From NCBI GenBank assembly GCA_049999805.1, contig JBNGIO010006294.1, positions 65,711 to 124,107 of the forward strand: a DNA stretch of 58,397 nucleotides, given 5' to 3'. Source of the stretch: Folioceros fuciformis (Eukaryota). A program made the translations under genes and the position numbers. The notes beneath the pieces are model-generated. The model saw only the letters and a program-made list of their open reading frames with translations, did no database searches and was not told where the DNA came from. Positions 49,801 through 58,397 of this stretch are shown here, one piece after another; position 1 is the stretch's first letter; the number at the start of each line of letters is the position of its first letter.

Positions 49801-51154
49801 ATCATGGTCTGATGATCCATAGGCTAGGATTTTATGATGATCAAAAGCATCTATAATCCTACATTATGTCGGAGTGAAGAGGATGTGACTATGATTATTC
49901 ATATTCAACCTCCTAACAGAAATCAAGTTTCTGGTCATTTCAGGCACATGATACATGTCTGTAAGCAAGAGCGTGATGCCTGAAGGAATTGGCAGCTTGA
50001 CTGTGCCAACACCAAGGCACACAAGCTTGCTATCATCACCTAGGTAAACAAATCTGTTTTGAACTAACCTGTATGTGATGAATGAACATCTGTCAAAACA
50101 AATGTGCGCTGTTGCACCTGTATGAAGGAACCACTCCTGAATGGGTTTGCCTTGAGTATTTGCAAACAAGCATATAGGGTTAGCAAGAGGGTGAGAAGAA
50201 AACTCCCTGGTCCCTACAGTGAGGGCTGCTACCGAGCCTTGTTTGGTCACCACAACGTGTGTCTGTGAAGTGGAGTTACCCTCCTTGCGAGGTACTCCAG
50301 ACTGCTTCTTTCGACACTCAGACTCCCAATGGCCTGGAATTTGGCACCAATGGCATTTTCCAACCTTCTTGGGCTTCTTCTGTGTAGAAGCTCCTTGTGA
50401 GCTGCTAGCACTTGAGGTATTCTGTCTACTTCTGAAGTTGGGCTTTTTGCCCTTTCCTTTGTTGTTGGTGTGCAAAGCTTGTTGTTTACCAGAACGCTTA
50501 AACTGTCCTCTTGTTACTTCTTCTTGAAGAAGTGCGCCCACTAATTCTGCAAACGTGGTTTTGGGGAGGTCAACACCTGCACCCTTGGTGATTTTTCGCC
50601 CTTGTAGTTGCGAGGTGTTGAAAGAGGTCACGAAATGTGACCAAGACTCCGGGAGTGACATCAGAAAATGAAGGATGAGAGCCTGATCCCTTCACACTGT
50701 CTAGTGCTGCACTTTCAAACTTGGAGACTAGAGATCTAAAGGTAGTCAAGTGTTTTTCAATAGATTCTCCTTCTTTCATCTTCAAGTTTTGTATGTTGCG
50801 AAGTGCAGTCATTTGACTTGTGTCATCTGTTCTAGCAAACAGGCTTTGAAGCCGCGTCCGGATATTGGTTGAGGTCTTGCAACCAGAAGTCTATCTCAAC
50901 ATGTCAGTCGACAAACCACTCCGAAGAAGGAACTGTGCAGCTTCATCCTTTGTATTCCAGGTGTCGAGTGCCTTCTGTTCAGCAGCTGAAGGGGTACCAA
51001 TAATCACAAGGACTTTTGATGTTCCGCTTATCCAAGACCACAGCTGCGTATTTTGAAGTGCTCCCCGCATCCTAAGGACCCAGATGTCATAGTCTGTACC
51101 CCCGAATCTACCCTTTTCCCTAAATCCCTCCCCAGCTAGATTAGTGTCACCCAT
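46802..51154 (-). pseudogene. Inner copia gag-pol (few stops/frameshifts)
   Basis: gag MGDTN at 51154, Zn knuckle CHWCQIPGHWESEC, protease WFLHTGAT (catalytic D lost), LWHVRLGH, IN VHTDICGP/RSDNGGEF/PQQNGVAER, RT YKARLVARG/YVDDL, RH YTDSDYAG/SSTEAEY. Confidence 0.95.
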
Positions 51155-51313
51155 GTTTTGGGACTTTTCTCAGTCCTCCTCACAGTGAGGATGTGATGGA
51201 TGAATTACTAATGCACCTGTATGTTCCTTTGTAGGTTAACAAGTGTGAGGATTCAGGGAAAAGCAATGATGCTACAAGTGCATCAAGGGTAGGCTGCAAC
51301 TGCAGCCTGTTCT

Positions 51314-51916
51314 TCACAGAGGTAAGATGGGTTTTGTACGCTGGTCAGCCCTGCGCAGGTTGACCAACTCCCTATCTACCTTTTCCTTTATGTTATGTTT
51401 CCTAATCTCCCAGCGATTAAAGGAATAGGTCATGCATGATGGACACGAATTTGGATACTCAAATTTATGATGCTTGTTAGTTTTTGTAGCATGCTTGCAA
51501 GCTGTCCCTCTGATTGCAGGGTTAGCAAGAAGAGCAGGCTTTAACAAAGCAAGCAATTTGAAATCCAAGTGACCAACCTGCTCCAGCAATGATTGTAAGT
51601 CCTTTGAAACAGCAGCAATTTTTTGACTTATGTTTTCAAAACGTCTGTCTACATGTCGCTATTGTGATTCTAGTCTAGAACATAAATGTGATATGCTAGT
51701 GTGCGGTGCTATGTTTGTGGTTAGGAAACCCCGAAGATTGCCTTTACCAACAATGGCAGGTTGCACATTTGGGAGATTTTGAGGAGTCCTCAGTGGAGGA
51801 ACAGGCGCATGTTGGTGAAGATCAGCAATTCTTCTTACTGCGTTCACTTGCGCACCAAGTTGTATTTGGCGATTGTGCCGTCCAGGCCGCATCTGCCCGT
51901 TCTGAGGATCAGCCAT
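51314..51916 (-). pseudogene. Extra sense ORF upstream of gag in inner copia (~200 codons, one TAG lesion)
   Basis: ORFs 51659-51916 and 51314-51589 are in the same frame, joined through a single TAG at 51661-51659 by RHVDRRFENISQKIAAVSKDLQS. Confidence 0.55.
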
Positions 51917-52278
51917 TCATTTGGCCAGAATTCTTGTATTTTAGAAAATTCCAAGAAACATTTTGTAATTCTATATGATTTTTATAAAGATATTTGCTGC
52001 TTCTGGTAGCCGTTCTAGCATGCCTGATGACATATTGCTTTGCAACAATCTGGCAATAGATGCGCTAGAACGGGCTTCTAGAAATGCAAAAATTCCTATA
52101 AACAAATCAAAAAAAATAACTACAAAAGGGTTTCTCAAACATTTTCTTGATTTCCTATTAGAAATTGTTTTCTAATAAAGAAACAAACACAAAGAACTTC
52201 TATATGCACATCTATATGTGCACAATTTAATGTGCATTCTTGTGAATGCAATCTACACCTAGCATGGCTCTGATACCA

Positions 52279-52516
52279 TGTGTAAATATGATAATGGTGC
52301 AAACCAATTGAGTATTTATCAATTACATTGTTGTATATGTTAATATTTTCATAAAGACATAAGTGAGTATTAATTGTAGCAACTAGACTAATTCTAGTAG
52401 CCAAGAACATGATCTTTGGCCTAGGGACGCAACCCTAATGAAAGGGTAAGCTATTTAAATAAAGCTATATATATACACATACTATATAACTAGATATATT
52501 AAAACTCTAAGTAATA
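52279..52516 (-). repeat. 5' LTR of inner copia (truncated by N gap)
   Basis: TGTGTAAATATGATAATGG start identical to 45297; adjacent PBS. Confidence 0.92.
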
Positions 52517-52616
52517 NNNNNNNNNNNNNNNNNNNNNNNNNNNNNNNNNNNNNNNNNNNNNNNNNNNNNNNNNNNNNNNNNNNNNNNNNNNNNNNNNNNN
52601 NNNNNNNNNNNNNNNN

Positions 52617-55600
52617 ACTAGTCAAGGGATAGCTTCATGCCTGCAACTCCTAGAGTGGAAACAGGCTTGGCAGTGTCCAGATGGAAAAGATGCAAGGTCT
52701 CTGCAATATACTTGGCTTGATGAAGCATAAGAAGAGTATCATCAAGATGGCGCACAAGTTGAACTGCGAGAACGAAGGTGAGTGCCCCAATATCCTTCAT
52801 ATTGAATTTTTGGTGCAGCATGTCTGTGACCCATGATAACAAACCTGGATCGTTTGATGCCAGGATGGCATCGTCAACATATAAAGCAAGAACGACGAGT
52901 TTACCATGCTGGGAATAGAAATATACGTTTGCATCACCAGGATTCTGGATGAAGCCAATAGATTTAAGGTACTTGTCAATGGTCTTATACCATTCCTGAG
53001 CTGACTGCTTCAAACCGTATATGGTCCTCTTGAGATGACAGACCCAATCCGGGTGCTCGGGGTCAACAAAACCTTCGGGTTGTGACATATATATGTCCTC
53101 TTCCAGTTCACCATACAGGAATGCAGTACACACATCCATCTGCTGGAGATCCCAGACATTGGCAGTAGCAAGAGCAAGGATCATGCGGATGGACTGGGTT
53201 TTTACAACAGGGCTGAAAGTTTCAGTGAAATCTATTCCGGAAACCTGGGTAAAACCCCTAGCAACGAGCTGAGACTTGTATCTGGCAATCACGCCCTAGG
53301 CATTCAACTTATGCTTGAAGACCCATTTACAGCTTACGACCTTCCTACCCTTGGGCAAGGGACACAGCTCCCAAGTATCTTTCTTTATCAAGGAATCGTA
53401 TTCGTCCTTGATGGAAGGGATCCAATGCTCGTTGTCAGCCCTAGTGATAGCCTCTGTGTACGTCTTGGGTTCTGGTTTAATAAAAGGAGGGCTATCCACT
53501 GAAAACTTAGGTTGTGGAAGGGTAACCCCAACTCTAGGACGTTTGAAATCAATGGAACAATAAGGTGGTTCTACCCATTGAGCAGGTGGGTTCCTAACAC
53601 GCTGTGGATAACGACGCTCTACAGGTGGCTCATTAACAAGTTCATCAGCAACTTCGTCGTCAGGGACATGGCCAGGTAGGTGTTCATGTAAATCTGAATC
53701 AGCAGAGTGAACAGAAAGATTGTCTGCCATTAAATCATGATCTACCTCATCCTTTGCGGCAGGAAGGTCCCGAACTTCGACTGTAGCATCATCAATGTCG
53801 GGACAAGGTAGACAAGCATCCATCTAGGCAGGGGAGGCTGCCTGTGCAGCTGGGGCAGGTGCAGGTACTGCTGGTACAGGGTTCTGCACAACTCCTTGGA
53901 TGCCAATAGGACTAACTCCTGGTATGTCATTTTGTGGAAACTCTATAGAATCGTTCAGATCAGTGAGGTCCACATGGGTGATAGTCTCTTGATCGTATGA
54001 CAGATGATCGAAATATGGCTTCGCAGGATGCACAAGCTCCTTGAAGGTCACACTCCTGGCAAAAAATGCAGTATGAGTAAGTGGATCCAGCAACTTGTAG
54101 GCTTTGGCCTCTTCACCATATCCCACAAAAATAAGTGGGCGAGCTATGTCTTCTAATTTCCTTCTCTTCTCCGCAGGGATGTATGCGTACAATGGAGAAC
54201 CAAAGACTCATAAGTGTGACAAGCTGGGCTTCCTGCGCCGAATGGCTTCAAACGGGGTCTTTCCATCCACTGCGCTCGTGAGGAGCCTGTTAAGAATGTA
54301 AGTTGCTGTAACTACCGCTTCGGCCCAGTATGCTTTGCTCAGCCCTGACCACTCTAACATGCTCCTTATCATGCCCAGCAGCGTCTGGTTACGGCGTTCG
54401 GCAACACCGTTCTGCTATTGGGTATAAGGCACAATGAGCTGGCGTACAACACCATTGTCCATCAGGAACTGGTTGAAGTGAGCATGTGTAAATTCTGTGC
54501 CATTGTCAGTTCGCAACTGGTGGAGCAAGCATCCTGTTTGCCTCTATGCCATGACTAGCCATTCCTGGAAGACCTCAAAGGTATCGGACTTTAAATGGAT
54601 GGGGTAAGTCCAAGAATATCTGCTAAAGTCATCAGTGATGGTAAGATAATACAATGCACCACCAAGGGAGGGAACATGGATCTTGTCTAAAATATCTGCA
54701 TGTACTAGTTCTAGTATCTATGATGCACGATGGGCAACTGACTTAGGAAATGGAACGTCTTTCTGTTTGGCTACAACACATGCATTGGAAAGTGGCAAGT
54801 CTTTGAAACATTTAGGCAGGGGCTCTCGATAGCAACTTAGGTTCGACATTTCTATCAACTTATCACGATTAGCATGACCTAATCTAGCATGCCATAGACT
54901 AGCCTGGGCAGACTGTGACGACTGGACAGCATGCATAGACTCAGGAGGTATGCAGATAAGATCAAACTGGTACAAATCATGAACAAGATGTCCTTTCGCT
55001 ACGACTTGACTATCCTCGCCTCGCTTCTTAAGCTCGCAACTAGTAGAAGTGAAAGTAAGGTCGTACTGATGCGAGGAGATCAGCTAGCTAACCAAAAGTA
55101 GGTGTTTGGCCATGAGCGGAACGTGCAAGACATTATCAAGGTGGAGGTCAGTGCCATCATGCAATCTAGAACGACATGTGCCTGAGCCTGCAATCTGAAG
55201 ACCTGTACGTATAAGTTCATCCCCCAACAACACCTTATCATATGTGAGTGAAGGCCAGTAGTGACTAAGCAAATTTCTGTCATTACAGATGTGGGAGGTG
55301 GCACCAGAATCTAAGTACCAACTGTGGGGAGACGAGAGAACGGAAGAAGATGCAAAACAAACCGTCATCAACAAACACAACTAGAGGTTTGTTAGTAGAT
55401 GAAGTTGCCTTGGCGACAGAGTGGGCCTCAGCCTACTTGGGCTTCTCGACTTTTCTAGCTTTGCCAGCCTTCTTTTTTCGATAGTCTCTCTCCCAATGGC
55501 CCTTGATGCCACATCAGTTGCAAGATCCAGTTTGCTTTGTGGAGGCAGAGCGAGATTGCCCTGCTCCAGAGGTTGGTTTACCTTTGGCATTCTGGCCTTT

Positions 55601-56396
55601 CGTGTAGAGAACTTTATCTGTTTTAGTTTTACCACCATGCTGGGTGGATGTCAACCTGCTTTGCTCCTCTTGCAGGAGAGCCCCAATCATGTCTACAAAA
55701 CTGATCTGGGGTGCCTGTCCTACAGCCACATAGCCTTGTCTGCTGCACGTATGGAAGCACCAAAGCCAGAAACAAAGGTCTGGTAGCTGGCAGGTAAGCA
55801 GGTAAGGAGCTGAGCAACTACGTCCAACTTTGGAAACTGTGAACCGAGGTTCAAGAGTTGAGCCCTCAGTTGTCGAAAATAAAGGACGAAGGGACCGACC
55901 TTCTTGCCTTCTTTGAGCCTCATGGAAAACAGTTCTCCACGGATAGCACACTGGGTAAGAATATTCTTAGCTTCATAAGTCTGCAACAATTGAGTCCAGA
56001 TCTCATTCAAATTTTGTAGGTAAGCTATATCGAGCAGGAGAACTTTGTCCAGGCCGCTAATTAAAACTACACGAGCGACATGATTCAGGTTCTCCCATTT
56101 TTCAATTTCATCCGCTGGAGCTATTGAGGCTGGTTTAGGAAGTGTGCCACTAACAACTCCCCACACGTGCCGAGCTTGCAGGGCAGCTGTCATGCGCACA
56201 CGCCATCCATGGAACTTGGAGCCATTAAACCTGTCACGCTTTTTAAATTCCATTGAGTAGGATGGCTGAGGTATCTCGGGCACTGGAGGAAGGGGAAGTG
56301 AATTACCCCCGCCCCCACCACCTCCAGCACCACCAACTCCTCCTACACCACCCCTCCTCCACCACCTCCACCCCCACCTCTGCCTCTTGTAGCCAT
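52617..56396 (-). pseudogene. Outer copia gag-pol, 5' part (gag, PR, IN, most of RT)
   Basis: ATG 56396 with Gly-rich start, FNGSKFHGWRVRM, decayed Zn knuckle CN*CGIKGHW, WYLDSGATSHIC, LWHARLGH, RTDNGTEF, YKSQLVARGF, YVDDAIL; many in-frame stops. Confidence 0.93.
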
Positions 56397-57333
56397 TCTA
56401 ACTTACTTTGATGAGATTATCAGGTGGTCACGGGTGATCAAGCCTATTGCACAAGGTACTGTTCTCGAACTAGGTCGAAATGCTGAGGGGAAGCTAATAG
56501 ATGGAGCGCAGAGAGAAGGACAGCAAGGGTCGGTGAAGAGGTATGGGCTGAAAGTCAGATGCCACCAGACATCATACACTGTGTCGGTTGGCGGTTAATC
56601 GCTGACGTGGGGGTGGGTGTGCGCGTCATTCTGCAGGGTCGGGTCCCGTGAGCACCTGCTGTGAGCAGGCACCTCCAATGCGAGGCGCCTCATGGCAGGA
56701 GGCGCAGGGGACGCGCAAGCTGCAAGCGCGCCCTCCTACCGCGCTAATGGCGACGCTTGAGATCTTGGCTTCTCGCGAGCAGGGGCCATCGCCTGAAGCA
56801 AATCTGTTGCTGAAAGATATGGGCTCAAATTCAATGCCGCTTGCCTCTGTGAATCGGTCACCAAATTTGTGGGCTCGTCCTGTCGATAGAGCACGGTAAG
56901 AAGGGCTGCCTCAGTGGTGTACAATCTGTAGTTGTGCACCCTTCTTGGTAGTATCGCACAATCCTGGAAGGCTCCTGACGTCTTGTTGTTTATCGATTGC
57001 AGGGCACTTGATGCGTTTGCTCGACGCAAGAATGTCCCCGTCGAGTCATCTTTGTTTCAAAATAGCATGATCTGCTGCATTGTAGCCACCAGATTCGCAT
57101 AGTGGAAGTCTTTCATTTGCTGTTATGCAGATCATAAACAATAGCCCATCTCTAATGTTGTTGTGCAGGTAGTAGGGAGGAATTTTTGACACACGACCCG
57201 GGAGCCACAAATTTGTGGCTGCTGGATTTTGTGGCCAACAATCCCTTTTTGCTACTTGCATGTACAACAATAGACTAGGATTATTGCAGACAGAAAAATG
57301 AAAAGTATATCAAAGCCTGGTGCTTTGATACCA

Positions 57334-57526
57334 TGTTTAGCTATCTGATGTACACAAAGTGCACACAGGTGCCTAGAATAAATTACATTGATAAGAATAC
57401 CAAGTGTCTTATATACAAAATTGTTTCAAGGGTCACGACCATTTACTTAATCTAAATATAAGTAACTAACAGCTAACAGCTGGTTCGTTTATAAGTAACA
57501 AACCGTAACGGGGTTCTACTTTAACA
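57334..57526 (-). repeat. 5' LTR of outer copia
   Basis: TGTTTAGC...TTTAACA, flanked by PBS and TSD GATGG. Confidence 0.95.
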
Positions 57527-58397
57527 GATGGTGATGTGGCATTGGGCGGAGGTGTGGCATTGGATGGTGAAGTGGCATCAGGCGGCGATGTAGCAAACCA
57601 GTGTGAATTGGCAAGTCGTGATGTAGTGGACAACACACTAGAAGTGCCATGTGCTGAAGGAGATGTTGCCCGATATGGAGATTTGGCAGTCATCGGTGAA
57701 GTGGCTAACGAGATGTTGTAGCTGATGGTCAAATGCTAATGGGACCAAAGGTACAACTGACCAAGTAGATGGTGTTCTAGTGATAGACAATGCCGGGGGT
57801 GGTGAATTGGACAAGGATGGTGAATTGGCCACAGATGTGCACAAATCCTCTATTGTAGAAGATGGCCAAGCAGTGGGGGATGGAATGCCCACGGGTGGAG
57901 ACTGTCGCCATGTCATGTCACCAAGGTGACCTGTGTGCCCATGGAAGAGGAAGAGGGTGTAGGGCGCCGGAGACAAACCAGGCACATAGCACAAGGTTAT
58001 TAGGAGCCAAAGCGTGGACCCCTTAAACGTAAAGGCGGTAGATCTCGAGGACAAAGCCGCTTGAGGAAAGTTCGTGTCCCGGTGGAGCAAGTGGAGCGCC
58101 CCCGTGAAGTTGAGGAGGGTGGAGAAAATATAGAAGTTGGTGACATGTTCATGGTGCTAGCTGATGAGAATCTGTAGCTCTTAGATTGGAAGAAGAAACA
58201 ATGTAAGTAATTAATGAGTAAAGTACAAGCCTTTAAATAGGCTGGGTAGTTGGGTGGTTACAACCATAAATGGTTGCAACCATAAGTAGTTGCAACCGTA
58301 AGTTGTTGTAACTAATATAACTACTAACTACCTAAATAACCCTAGGTAGATAATAATGTTTAAGTTATGAGGCCCTAATGAATAGTGCCCTAATCTA

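Larger units (their letters stand above)
45297..52516 (-). mobile_element. Ty1/copia LTR retrotransposon (inner), 5' LTR end hidden in N gap
   Basis: LTRs 45297-~45558 and 52279->52516, PBS TGGTATCAGAGCC at 52278-52266, PPT AAGTGGGAG at ~45567-45559, gag-PR-IN-RT-RH order. Confidence 0.96.
43947..57526 (-). mobile_element. Ty1/copia LTR retrotransposon (outer, full length, decayed), interrupted in RT by a second copia
   Basis: 193-bp LTRs TG..CA at 43947-44139 and 57334-57526, 5-bp TSD GATGG (43942-43946, 57527-57531), tRNA-iMet-type PBS TGGTATCAAAGC at 57333-57322, G-rich PPT next to 44140; order gag-PR-IN-RT-RH. Confidence 0.97.

Noticed and set aside
39935-58390. GGGCAC...GTGCCC as TIRs of the unclassified element
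   Set aside because: Only 6 bp match and no shared TSD

Overview
Eukaryotic nuclear DNA from a non-seed land plant with a compact genome (short ~70-150 bp GT-AG introns, GC-rich exons; a bryophyte such as a hornwort is my guess, not shown). Left 34 kb is gene-dense: UBC E2 (3' part), intronless TrmB, an ApgM-like uncharacterised protein, nodulin-like MFS transporter, DAO-family oxidoreductase, MTH1-type Nudix hydrolase, Pol III RPC4, ribose-5-P isomerase, a tiny two-exon gene with a piggyBac-type Cys-rich finger, a small membrane protein, and a tandem pair of ABCG half-transporters (one canonical, one with a degenerate NBD). Right 24 kb is TE-rich: an orphan ORF (Zn-finger + Pro repeats + RFX/D5-like winged helix), a decayed PIF/Harbinger, a decayed unclassified element, and two nested Ty1/copia retrotransposons (outer 43947-57526 with GATGG TSD; inner 45297-~52540). 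Most striking: the inner copia carries, besides gag-pol, a ~200-codon sense ORF upstream of gag and a spliced ANTISENSE AT-hook gene (~279 aa) between pol and the 3' LTR; the outer copia shows a weaker version of the same architecture. Three 100-N gaps (15500-15599, 37209-37308, 52517-52616). All family assignments are from motif recognition by eye, not database searches.
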